A stretch of DNA of 27,609 nucleotides from a virus (lineage: Duplodnaviria; Caudoviricetes): positions 1 to 27,609 of the IMG/VR virus record IMGVR_UViG_3300017732_000046. One strand, written 5' to 3'. Below are positions 7,048-15,170 of this stretch, piece by piece (within the stretch, counting starts at the first letter, position 1; each line of letters opens with the position of its first letter). The notes under the pieces were generated by a model. It worked only from the letters and a program-made list of their open reading frames with translations, was not told where the DNA came from and ran no database searches. A program made the translations under genes and the position numbers.

Positions 7048-7971
7048 ATGGAATTTATAAACTCTAAAATATTTCCTTATATTGTAGCAACTGCTGCTGG
7101 TGCTGTAGCATTCAGTGCAGCATTTTTCTCTGTATTCGGATTATCAAAATTATTTGCCGGCGCACAGACGAGTGTGGTGATCATGGCTGGAAGCCTTGAA
7201 TTTGCTAAATTAGTAACTGCCTCGTTTCTTTACAGATACTGGAAGACGGTACCCGCGTTCTTGAGAACCTATTTACTCGTCGGCACAATTGTTCTTATTA
7301 TGATAACTTCTGCTGGTATATTTGGCTATCTGTCAAATGCATATCAAGGAGCTACAACTGGATTCGAAAAGCAATCAACATCACTGATCTTCAAAGAAGA
7401 CCAATTACAACAGGTGAAGGATGATCAGATTTTTCTAAAACAAGAAATGGAAGATGCTATTAAAGAATTGCCAGATAATTACAGAACAGCAAGAAAGAAA
7501 CTTAGAGAAGATTATCAACCACAGATTAACGAACTAAACGTTAAATCGCTAGAATTAAAGCAAGAGATAGGTGATCTTAAGATTGCATTGGTTGAAACAG
7601 GTGTTGATGTCGGGCCAGCGATTTATTTAGCAAGGGTATTTAACACAGAAATAGACACAGTTGTAAAATTCTTTATATTCATATTAGTGTTTGTATTTGA
7701 TCCACTAGCTGTATCACTAGTAATAGCAGCAAGCATGGCATTTGAATTAGCAGCTACACCTATTAGGCCGAAAGAAATAATTGATGGAGGTGTTTATGAT
7801 GATCCAAAACCTAAAAATAAAAAGGGAATGAAATGGTGGGAATTCTACAAAGACAAAAGGGAACCAACTCCTGATGTTGAGGAACCTGAAATAATTGAAG
7901 AACAAGAACAGCCACCAGTTATTAAGTCAGCACCGGAGAAGGGTGCTGTGTTTCCAAACGAAAAAAAGTAA
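7048..7971 (+). CDS. Multi-pass membrane protein with coiled coil (phage hypothetical)
   Basis: Three N-terminal hydrophobic helices (GSLEFAKLV, ITSAGIFGYLS), about 90-aa coiled coil, C-terminal TM region FVFDPLAVSLVIAA. Confidence 0.8.
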   Translation: MEFINSKIFPYIVATAAGAVAFSAAFFSVFGLSKLFAGAQTSVVIMAGSLEFAKLVTASFLYRYWKTVPAFLRTYLLVGTIVLIMITSAGIFGYLSNAYQGATTGFEKQSTSLIFKEDQLQQVKDDQIFLKQEMEDAIKELPDNYRTARKKLREDYQPQINELNVKSLELKQEIGDLKIALVETGVDVGPAIYLARVFNTEIDTVVKFFIFILVFVFDPLAVSLVIAASMAFELAATPIRPKEIIDGGVYDDPKPKNKKGMKWWEFYKDKREPTPDVEEPEIIEEQEQPPVIKSAPEKGAVFPNEKK

Positions 7972-8009
7972 AAATAATCCTTTACTTTTACGCAGAAAAT
8001 GTTTAGATT
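7971..8009 (+). promoter_or_regulatory. Conserved phage early-type sigma70 promoter, copy 2
   Basis: -35 TTTACT (7981-7986), 17 bp, -10 TAGATT (8004-8009); spacer TTTACGCAGAAAA and downstream AGAGYATCAAATA shared with copy 1. Confidence 0.85.
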
Positions 8010-8036
8010 AGAGTATCAAATAAAGAGGTTATATTA

Positions 8037-8528
8037 ATGGCAACTAAAAGAAGAAGAAAAGTTAAAAAGAGAGATTACAATCCAGATCTTGCGCAATCAC
8101 TAGTTTGGACTATGTGTTCAAATGAAGGATGTGGCATAGAAGAAAAAGTTCCGGAAGGTGATGGTTTAACATGCTCAACATGCACACAGATGAAAGCAAT
8201 AAGTTTACTTTCTGAAACAGAAAGAAAAAGTTTATTTGGGTCAGCTCAAACAAACAAAGGTTTATCCAGACCTAGAGGATGGAGATGGCTTGCAGAATTT
8301 GTTGATAGTGACGGCAATGTATTTGTTAAGGGCAAAGAAATGCCAGAACTAAAGGGAACACTTCCAGTAACAGATGTTGCAGCAATTAAAGCTAGACAAA
8401 AAGCAAATAAAGAAAAACGTAAAATTGCTGATAACAAGAATTTGTTAAAGATGGCAGCAGAAAAGAAGGAATTGAAAAAAGCAATTGAAGCTCAGAAAGA
8501 TTTCTTAGATCATAAGGCAGGTAAGTAA
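8037..8528 (+). CDS. Basic hypothetical protein with putative Zn finger
   Basis: CSNEGC...CSTC; basic N-terminus; RPRGWRWLAEFVDSDGNVF core; Lys-rich C-terminal helix. Confidence 0.75.
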   Translation: MATKRRRKVKKRDYNPDLAQSLVWTMCSNEGCGIEEKVPEGDGLTCSTCTQMKAISLLSETERKSLFGSAQTNKGLSRPRGWRWLAEFVDSDGNVFVKGKEMPELKGTLPVTDVAAIKARQKANKEKRKIADNKNLLKMAAEKKELKKAIEAQKDFLDHKAGK

Positions 8529-8710
8529 TGGATAGAAAAACACAGTTAAAGAACCAAAGCGATTTCTCAATCTATGGTGTATTTAGATTTACGGCATATC
8601 TCGTATCTTCTATCGCATTGTATATGGGTAACTTTCAAATAGCTGGAATAGCATTGGGCTTTGGTGCTACATTAGGTTTCATTCGTAGAATAGCAAGGAT
8701 ATGGGAATAA
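8528..8710 (+). CDS. Small 2-TM membrane protein
   Basis: Two hydrophobic segments with a basic C-terminus; TAATG coupling. Confidence 0.7.
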   Translation: MDRKTQLKNQSDFSIYGVFRFTAYLVSSIALYMGNFQIAGIALGFGATLGFIRRIARIWE

Positions 8711-8892
8711 TGACTAAAGCAAAATGGTTAGAAGAAAAAGTTATGTGTGATGAATGGGGTCGTCCGCCAAGTTTGGCTGATGTTCCTCTAACAATAATGA
8801 AAAGAAAAGATGCACTCATCGCACAGGGTGGTGACACAAAATCAATCAATGAGTTATACAAGGAGGTCATGAAAAATGGCAAAGAAAAGTAA
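8701..8892 (+). CDS. Hypothetical protein
   Basis: 63 aa, AAGGA upstream, tiled with neighbours. Confidence 0.7.
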   Translation: MGIMTKAKWLEEKVMCDEWGRPPSLADVPLTIMKRKDALIAQGGDTKSINELYKEVMKNGKEK

Positions 8893-9061
8893 AATAGAAT
8901 GGAATGGGTATAAAAACTATACCTACTTAGAAGGCAGCGGAAAAGATGCAAAGCCTGTAAAATTTTTAGCACGTGATGATGAAGATGCACAGCTTTATAT
9001 TAATAAGGTTGGAGCAACATCTTGGATGAAACCAACAGACTTAAAAAAAGTTAGTGCCTAA
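8876..9061 (+). CDS. Hypothetical protein
   Basis: 61 aa, AAGGAGG upstream. Confidence 0.7.
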   Translation: MAKKSKIEWNGYKNYTYLEGSGKDAKPVKFLARDDEDAQLYINKVGATSWMKPTDLKKVSA

Positions 9062-9191
9062 AAAGAAGGAATACTCCGACGCAGGAAAAGGAGATAAAAG
9101 TAGGGTTACTGACAAAGAGAAGTTTGATGAAAACTGGGAAAAGATTTTTGGCAAAAGACCTAACAGGAGAAAACCATGCTCGAAAATGTAA
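9054..9191 (+). CDS. Small hypothetical protein, 45 aa (not in ORF track)
   Basis: GTG start; MPKKKEYSDAGKGDKSRVTDKEKFDENWEKIFGKRPNRRKPCSKM; the GKGxxxR...F/YxxNWxxIF pattern is one I recognise from small aquatic-phage hypothetical proteins. Confidence 0.7.
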   Translation: MPKKKEYSDAGKGDKSRVTDKEKFDENWEKIFGKRPNRRKPCSKM

Positions 9192-9349
9192 TTAGAAAAG
9201 TATTAAAGAAGTATAAAGGCAAGCAGTTGAATTTAGACTCTTCTGCTGCAATTGAAAACATAACCACAGATCTTATGAAAGCAATAGTAAATGATTGCTA
9301 CTATTTAAATCTTGGCGACTTCCCAAATAACAAGTATAGAGATGACTAA
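9176..9349 (+). CDS. Hypothetical protein, 57 aa (not in ORF track)
   Basis: MLENVIRKVLKKYKGKQLNLDSSAAIENITTDLMKAIVNDCYYLNLGDFPNNKYRDD; AGGAG RBS. Confidence 0.7.
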   Translation: MLENVIRKVLKKYKGKQLNLDSSAAIENITTDLMKAIVNDCYYLNLGDFPNNKYRDD

Positions 9350-9773
9350 GAAGACTTATAAAGTAAACAGCGATTACAGTGTAGTAAAGTCTGCATATTC
9401 TGATATTAGCGGAGAGCTGGTTCAGAAAATGCTTCCTTTTGGATGGGGCCTTGATAAATACAAAGGACTTAGAAGAAGAGCTGTTTTAAGAATATGGGCT
9501 GGATCAAAAATGTATAAGTTTAAAGTAGCAATGTACAGCTCAACTAAGCAAAAATATTATTTGCATATAGTAAATGCTGAAGATGGCCCGTTTAATTTAA
9601 AGTTTTTTAGCACAAGAATATCTGTTATTGATAAGTCTACACATACAGAGATAACAGAGACTTTAGAGTTCACAACAAAAAATAAGTGGCTTGATAATAT
9701 TTTAAGTCTATTTATTAACATACATTATACTATTAAGGGAATGAAGTATAAGCTGTTCTTTTTGAACAAGTAA
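9342..9773 (+). CDS. Hypothetical protein
   Basis: Long ORF; ATG 9342 preferred over TTG 9312 because it gives a short overlap with the upstream ORF stop at 9349. Confidence 0.65.
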   Translation: MTKKTYKVNSDYSVVKSAYSDISGELVQKMLPFGWGLDKYKGLRRRAVLRIWAGSKMYKFKVAMYSSTKQKYYLHIVNAEDGPFNLKFFSTRISVIDKSTHTEITETLEFTTKNKWLDNILSLFINIHYTIKGMKYKLFFLNK

Positions 9774-9785
9774 CGGAGCGATAAA

Positions 9786-10022
9786 ATGAGAAAATCATGG
9801 CCAGAAGAAAGAAGTGAAATAGCCATTTGGCTAACAGGTTATCTGTCTATGTATAAAAAGTGGGTTGATAAGATACTCGATGATGATGATTCAGAAGTAA
9901 CAAAGACTAAGATACTGACTTTGCTCACTGACTGGATTAAACAATTAGAAGAAATGAAAATTAACATAATAAAGATGTCAGATAAATTACCTGAACACCA
10001 ACACAACGATAGTGATATTTAA
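9786..10022 (+). CDS. Hypothetical helical protein
   Basis: 78 aa, GGAG upstream. Confidence 0.7.
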   Translation: MRKSWPEERSEIAIWLTGYLSMYKKWVDKILDDDDSEVTKTKILTLLTDWIKQLEEMKINIIKMSDKLPEHQHNDSDI

Positions 10023-10026
10023 TAAT

Positions 10027-10380
10027 ATGAAGTTTAAGAAACACATTCAAGAAGTCTCCAGCAATACAGGTGGATATTCTGCAGATGCAGGAGAACCTGA
10101 TACAGGTTGGCTTCCGGGAGGTGATGCAAGAACTCTTGGTTATGGTAACGGTAAGCCAGAGCAATGGTTTGACTCATTAGAATATATTCAAGTAGACTTT
10201 CCAGTTGCTAGTTATATTTACGGGTCAAAGAAGGCAGATAAAAAACTCGCATACACAGTCAATAAGTCAGCAGAGATAACAGTCTTGGACAATGACATAA
10301 AACAAATTGATAAAGACTTTGCTGAGATTAGAAAAAATCAGGAAGAGCTTTATAAAGATCTAAAGAGGAATTTAAAATGA
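10027..10380 (+). CDS. Hypothetical protein, possible internal head protein
   Basis: ATG 10027 (alternative GTG 10012) gives MKFKKHIQE, resembling T4-type capsid-targeting leaders. Confidence 0.6.
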   Translation: MKFKKHIQEVSSNTGGYSADAGEPDTGWLPGGDARTLGYGNGKPEQWFDSLEYIQVDFPVASYIYGSKKADKKLAYTVNKSAEITVLDNDIKQIDKDFAEIRKNQEELYKDLKRNLK

Positions 10381-10580
10381 TTAAGATAGACATAAGCGTA
10401 GGTGATACAGTTTTAATGGGTAAATTTAAAAATAAAAAAGTTGTTGTTAAGTCAATAGGTAAAGATGAGTATGGAATGCCTACAATAAATGGAAGAGGAA
10501 TAGTAAAATTCCGTCCTACAGAAATGCCAAGAGAACAAAGAGACAAAGCAATAGACAACATATTAGGCGAAATGGGCTAA
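10377..10580 (+). CDS. Small KOW/SH3-like protein
   Basis: ISVGDTVLMGKFKNKKVVVKSI resembles a KOW motif. Confidence 0.6.
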   Translation: MIKIDISVGDTVLMGKFKNKKVVVKSIGKDEYGMPTINGRGIVKFRPTEMPREQRDKAIDNILGEMG

Positions 10581-10831
10581 TGAACAAAGGTTATTTATCA
10601 CAAAACGAATTTAAGACAGACTTGCCAGTATTAGACTGGGAGTGTCTTAGACTAGAAATAGAAAATTTTTATCATAATAACAAAAAGCTTTTTGATCAGC
10701 TTACACACGGTGAAGACTTAAGTGTTAAAGAAGCAGCACAAGAAGTTTTCTATAAGTTAATTACAGACTATGCAGAATTTAAGGACAAGCCGGAAGGTAC
10801 AATGTTAAACTACACAATAGCGGAGGCATAA
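10580..10831 (+). CDS. Hypothetical protein
   Basis: 83 aa, TAATG coupling at both ends. Confidence 0.7.
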   Translation: MNKGYLSQNEFKTDLPVLDWECLRLEIENFYHNNKKLFDQLTHGEDLSVKEAAQEVFYKLITDYAEFKDKPEGTMLNYTIAEA

Positions 10832-11073
10832 TGCAGCTTAATTTGCCATTTAAATTTAATGAAGAAACAATGAATATTTCTTCTTTGCAATACGAAACTT
10901 ATCCATATATAGTATCAACTAGTGGAGCAAAGACAATGTCTATTGAAGAGATTATTATGAGATTAGAAGCAGCATATGAAGAAAAAGATTGGGATGCTGT
11001 TGACTTATTATTACAAGACTTGAGAGCTTCGGAAGAAGAAATCGATCAATGGTCAATGACCTGGGATGACTAA
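10831..11073 (+). CDS. Acidic hypothetical protein
   Basis: 80 aa, GGAGG RBS, TAATG coupling. Confidence 0.7.
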   Translation: MQLNLPFKFNEETMNISSLQYETYPYIVSTSGAKTMSIEEIIMRLEAAYEEKDWDAVDLLLQDLRASEEEIDQWSMTWDD

Positions 11074-11207
11074 TGAAAAGGCTACAAAAACCAAAGATGT
11101 CTGATTTTCCGATTCCTACAACAAAGATTCACAAGACAAAAAAGAAAAAATCAAGACAACAAGAGAAAATAGAATTATCTAAAAATTACAATCTTAGTAT
11201 TGATTAA
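11073..11207 (+). CDS. Small basic protein, 44 aa (not in ORF track)
   Basis: MKRLQKPKMSDFPIPTTKIHKTKKKKSRQQEKIELSKNYNLSID; TAATG coupling. Confidence 0.6.
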   Translation: MKRLQKPKMSDFPIPTTKIHKTKKKKSRQQEKIELSKNYNLSID

Positions 11208-11265
11208 AAAAAGTTACAAAAAAGCAAAAAAAGTCCTTTACTTTTACGCAAAAAAGTGTTAGATT
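11207..11265 (+). promoter_or_regulatory. Conserved phage early-type sigma70 promoter, copy 3
   Basis: -35 TTTACT (11237-11242), 17 bp, -10 TAGATT (11260-11265); 44 bp identical to 5-48. Confidence 0.85.
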
Positions 11266-11290
11266 TAAGTATTAAATAGGAGACTATAAT

Positions 11291-11806
11291 ATGCAAAACC
11301 TTAGCAAATATCTAATTGGAATAGCGTTCATAACAACTATGAATGGTTATGTTGCAACTAAGTTTATGAAAGCAAACAAAGACACGTATCACGAACATTA
11401 CGAGTTTCTTGCAAATCAGAACAAAGAGCTATCTGATAGATTATCAGAATTTTATCAACACGGAATAAAAGTTGATGTAACAATGTATCAGCCAAATACA
11501 ATACAATGTGATGACACACCAGATATAACAGCTGATGGCACTAAAATAAGGATACATCATGCATCTAGATATAAATTTGTTGCTCTTTCTCGTAACTTAC
11601 TCGCAAGATGGGGAGGACCTTTTAATTATGGTGATTTTGTATTATTGAAAGGTACAGATGGAAAAGACGGCGTTTATCAAGTAAGAGATACAATGAATGC
11701 AAAGTGGGTTAATGTTGTAGACATATTAGAGTCTGAACATGTCAAACCGTATAAATTTACAGACGTAGACATTTTTAAATTAAACTGGACAAAGGAGAAT
11801 GCATGA
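11291..11806 (+). CDS. 3D-domain (MltA/RlpA-like double-psi barrel) cell-wall enzyme with N-terminal anchor
   Basis: VTMYQP..QCDDTPDITADG, VALSRNLL, YGD, VRDTMN, VDIL; N-terminal hydrophobic helix plus short coiled coil; AGGAG RBS. Confidence 0.82.
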   Translation: MQNLSKYLIGIAFITTMNGYVATKFMKANKDTYHEHYEFLANQNKELSDRLSEFYQHGIKVDVTMYQPNTIQCDDTPDITADGTKIRIHHASRYKFVALSRNLLARWGGPFNYGDFVLLKGTDGKDGVYQVRDTMNAKWVNVVDILESEHVKPYKFTDVDIFKLNWTKENA

Positions 11807-12549
11807 GAATAAGTGCAGAACAGATCGAATCAAATTGGTCTGAGTTACGTAAAATAATAAATGACACATTTGAAGGTGAGAGATTAGAAAAGATTAATGC
11901 ACTTCATGATCATTTTGAAGAAAGAATGACACTAGCACCAGCATCTGGCAGAGCTTATTATCACAATGCTTTTCCAGGTGGTTATGTTGCACATGTCTTA
12001 AACATAATGCAATGGGCTCACAAATACTATAATTTATTTAAAGATCAGGGAATGTTCTTAGACGATATTACAGAAGAATCGGTTACATTTGCTGCAATGT
12101 TTCATGATCTTGGCAAGATAGGAAATATGGAAGATGACTATTACGTCACAAATACTGACGAATGGCGTGCAAAGAAATTACAAGAGCACTACAACCATAA
12201 TCCTGCAATTCATTATATGACTGTTACTGATAGAGCTGTTTGGATTCTAAACCAATTTCAGATTTCAATGACAGAATCAGAGTATATTGGTATGAGGCTT
12301 GCAGATGGTTTATATAATGAACAAAACACATCTTACTTTTTTGAAGGTGCTGAATGGAAGGCAATGAAAACAAACTTACCACACATTGTATCTATGGCTG
12401 ATATGTCAGCAGCAAGACAAGAGAAAGAAGAATTTATGTTATCTGGTGAATCTCGTATAGACTTTCCGAAGTATATGAAAGGTGAGACTAAAGAAGAAGA
12501 GCTAGTAAAGAATTTAGACACTGACAAATTAAAGGATCTGTTCTCATGA
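11803..12549 (+). CDS. HD-domain phosphohydrolase (YhaM-like HD region)
   Basis: APAS...HNAFPGGYVAHVLN, AAMFHDLGKIG, SMADMSAA. Confidence 0.88.
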   Translation: MRISAEQIESNWSELRKIINDTFEGERLEKINALHDHFEERMTLAPASGRAYYHNAFPGGYVAHVLNIMQWAHKYYNLFKDQGMFLDDITEESVTFAAMFHDLGKIGNMEDDYYVTNTDEWRAKKLQEHYNHNPAIHYMTVTDRAVWILNQFQISMTESEYIGMRLADGLYNEQNTSYFFEGAEWKAMKTNLPHIVSMADMSAARQEKEEFMLSGESRIDFPKYMKGETKEEELVKNLDTDKLKDLFS

Positions 12550-12803
12550 TGCTAGAAATAATGTTGTGTACATTTATATTCACTACAATAGTATCAATCT
12601 ATATAGTAGTTAATTTATATAAGAAATGTGACAAACTAGAACTGTGGACGGATGCAACTTATCAAATGATACAGGGCACATTAGCTGACTTTAGAAAAAT
12701 CGATTCTACAGGTCACTTTGAGTCTGATGATGAGATAGGTGCGATATTTGAACAGATGAAAGAAACAATAAACCATTTAGAAAAAATAACAGAGGAAAAT
12801 TAA
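12546..12803 (+). CDS. Single-pass membrane protein
   Basis: N-terminal TM helix, then helical domain (FESDDEIGAIF). Confidence 0.75.
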   Translation: MMLEIMLCTFIFTTIVSIYIVVNLYKKCDKLELWTDATYQMIQGTLADFRKIDSTGHFESDDEIGAIFEQMKETINHLEKITEEN

Positions 12804-12806
12804 AAC

Positions 12807-13526
12807 ATGCCACGCAAGAAATCAAAAACAAGAATGTATTTTACAGAAGAAACCGAAGCAGCAATTGTAGCTTATAATGCAACTGATTCGCATAGAGAAA
12901 GAAATATAATTTATAATGAGTCTCTTAGACAGCCTTTTGAAAAATTAGTTGAAAACATAATCCACACTTTTAAGTTTTATTACTTTGATTATCCTATTGA
13001 AAGTGTTAAGCATGATGTTATATCTTTTATGATAACAAGGCTTGACAAGTATAAGCAAGGAAAAGGCAAGGCATTTAGTTATTTTAGTGTTGTTGTTAAG
13101 AACTGGTTGATTTGCCACAATAATAACAATTATAAAAAGATGAAGACTCATAACGATGTCTTAGACCTTAAACACAAAGATGTAAAGAATACTTCTTACG
13201 ATGACAACACAGTTAGATCTCAAGAAGAGAGAGAATTTTTTAAGTCTGTTATTGATTACTGGGAAGAAAATATTACAAAAGTATTTAAAAAAGAGCGTGA
13301 TATTAAAATTGCGTGGTCCATTATAGAGCTTATGTCTCGTGTCGATGCAATTGAAATCTTTAACAAGAAGGCACTGTATATTTTATTAAGGGAAATATCA
13401 GGACATAGTACACAACATATTACTAGAGTACTTAATGTTATGAGAAGCCATTATAAGAACCTCTATACTAAATGGGACAAAGAAGGAGACATTGCACATC
13501 CTCCTGTTACAAAACGTACTATTTAG
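12807..13526 (+). CDS. Phage sigma factor-like protein (T4 gp55-type late sigma)
   Basis: Region-2-like KHDVISFMITRLDKYKQGKGKAFSYFSVVVKN (compare gp55 'F...K..NPFAYFT'); lies immediately before the virion operon. Confidence 0.7.
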   Translation: MPRKKSKTRMYFTEETEAAIVAYNATDSHRERNIIYNESLRQPFEKLVENIIHTFKFYYFDYPIESVKHDVISFMITRLDKYKQGKGKAFSYFSVVVKNWLICHNNNNYKKMKTHNDVLDLKHKDVKNTSYDDNTVRSQEEREFFKSVIDYWEENITKVFKKERDIKIAWSIIELMSRVDAIEIFNKKALYILLREISGHSTQHITRVLNVMRSHYKNLYTKWDKEGDIAHPPVTKRTI

Positions 13527-13536
13527 TAAGTTCTAG

Positions 13537-13546
13537 TATATTTATA
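13537..13546 (+). promoter_or_regulatory. Candidate late promoter
   Basis: TATATTTATA in the short gap between the sigma-like gene and the structural operon; single clear instance. Confidence 0.4.
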
Positions 13547-13562
13547 GTCAAAGGACGTTCTA

Positions 13563-13937
13563 ATGTCAGCTGACTATGAAATATTCAAAGGGACAACAGT
13601 ATCAGATCTATTTAAAAAGATAGACGATAATTCAAAGCGAAATAAGATTCAGATAGAGTCACTTATACAGGAAATGATGACATTCATCAAAGATCCTCAA
13701 AGTGCACAAACTTTGTTTCCTATGATAAGTGATTTCATGGAAGCAAATGTAAGAAATGATGAATTGTTAGTTAAGCTAGCAGCAGTAGTACAAAGAGTTA
13801 TGCAAACAGAAACAAAATCTGTAGAAAGTGATTTCGGTTTATCTGACAAAGAAAAAGAAGATATTATTAGTAAGCTAGAAGAAGCTACTGCTGGTATACA
13901 GAAAGAAGTAGACGATATCGCACTTGATATAACATAG
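13563..13937 (+). CDS. Helical hypothetical protein heading the virion operon
   Basis: 124 aa, AAGGA RBS, coiled-coil character. Confidence 0.75.
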   Translation: MSADYEIFKGTTVSDLFKKIDDNSKRNKIQIESLIQEMMTFIKDPQSAQTLFPMISDFMEANVRNDELLVKLAAVVQRVMQTETKSVESDFGLSDKEKEDIISKLEEATAGIQKEVDDIALDIT

Positions 13938-13946
13938 AGGATAAAT

Positions 13947-15170
13947 ATGAGTGATTCTCACGAAACAGTCCTCATCGATAAATTACACAACTCACAAATC
14001 AGCATAGATCCAACAAATGATCTTCCTGACGAAAAGCGTGTAAGAGAAATCGTTGATGCCATTGTTCAAAATGAAAAGATAGTAACAGTTCAATCAATAA
14101 TTGCTGAAGTTGTTGATGTTGTTATGGATGAAAATGATTTAGATGATGACGTAACACCACTTCACATTGGCTGTATAAAAGTAAACACAGGAAATGTACC
14201 GTTTCCTATACTCCCTAAAGACGATAGTGGCTGGGTATTTCCATTAGACTCTCAAGTAAAATGCTATCCTGTTCCTGGTGAATTAGTTGCCATTATAAAT
14301 TATGGTGCACAAACATATTATTTTCAGCCGCTTAATATAAGAAATAGTGTTAACAATAATATAATGCTAGGATCAATGGCAACACAACAAGACGGAAAAG
14401 CAACAACAAAAAATATTAATGAATATGTAAAGAATTTTAAAAGACAAGTTGTAAATAGACCAGTTAAAAATTTTCCTGGAGACTGGGCAGTTAATGGTAG
14501 AAATGACCAGTCAATAAGGATAGGAACTGATGTAATTGCAGACACTGACAGTATTCCTAGTCCGGACAACGCTGTAATAAAGATGTCAATATCTTCTATA
14601 GAAGAAAATTCTAGAAATGCACTTCTACCAAGAAAAGAAAATATCAACCTGGATCCTGCTTCTTTATGGATGACTAGAAATGAAACTGTTAAGATTGATA
14701 TTTCACCGAGTGCAGGTGAAACATTTACACCTTCTGAACTTAAGGGTTCACAAATAGTAGGTAATTCTGAACGGATTACTTTTAATACTAAGGGTGTGGG
14801 TGATAAAGGACAGATTAATTTATTCGCATCAAATACAGCAAATGTAATATCAAAAAACAATACGAATCTTGTTGGTAAGAATGTTTTGATAGGTGATGTA
14901 GAAGCAAATAATTTACAGCCGGCAGTATTAGGAGATAATTTAGTCACTCTGCTTCATCAGCTATTTCAGCAGCTAAATAGTTTTGCAACACAATTATCAT
15001 CTGCAACAGGTGTAGGTAATATAGGTGGACCAGTTCCTCTACCTGCAATTATGGGAGCAGGTGCTGGGATGTCAGGATACGCCGGTACTGCTGGGCAGAA
15101 ATCAGCACTAGAAAACTTACTATTGAGTAAAAATGTTAAAGTATCAAAAAGACCCAAAACAGGATTATAA
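13947..15170 (+). CDS. Baseplate central spike/hub protein (gp5/gpV-like)
   Basis: OB-fold-type FPLD..VKCYPVPGELVAII, PGD...GR..QSIRIG, beta-repeat region, QPAVLGDNLVTLL; upstream of gp25/gp6. Confidence 0.7.
   Translation: MSDSHETVLIDKLHNSQISIDPTNDLPDEKRVREIVDAIVQNEKIVTVQSIIAEVVDVVMDENDLDDDVTPLHIGCIKVNTGNVPFPILPKDDSGWVFPLDSQVKCYPVPGELVAIINYGAQTYYFQPLNIRNSVNNNIMLGSMATQQDGKATTKNINEYVKNFKRQVVNRPVKNFPGDWAVNGRNDQSIRIGTDVIADTDSIPSPDNAVIKMSISSIEENSRNALLPRKENINLDPASLWMTRNETVKIDISPSAGETFTPSELKGSQIVGNSERITFNTKGVGDKGQINLFASNTANVISKNNTNLVGKNVLIGDVEANNLQPAVLGDNLVTLLHQLFQQLNSFATQLSSATGVGNIGGPVPLPAIMGAGAGMSGYAGTAGQKSALENLLLSKNVKVSKRPKTGL

Noticed and set aside
5-11265. Repeat copies as CRISPR repeats, att sites or IS ends
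   Set aside because: Kilobases apart, each directly before a gene with -35/-10 geometry; no cas, integrase or transposase seen
13563-13937. Small terminase subunit call for the 124-aa helical protein
   Set aside because: Size and helicity fit, but I see no diagnostic motif and no large terminase nearby
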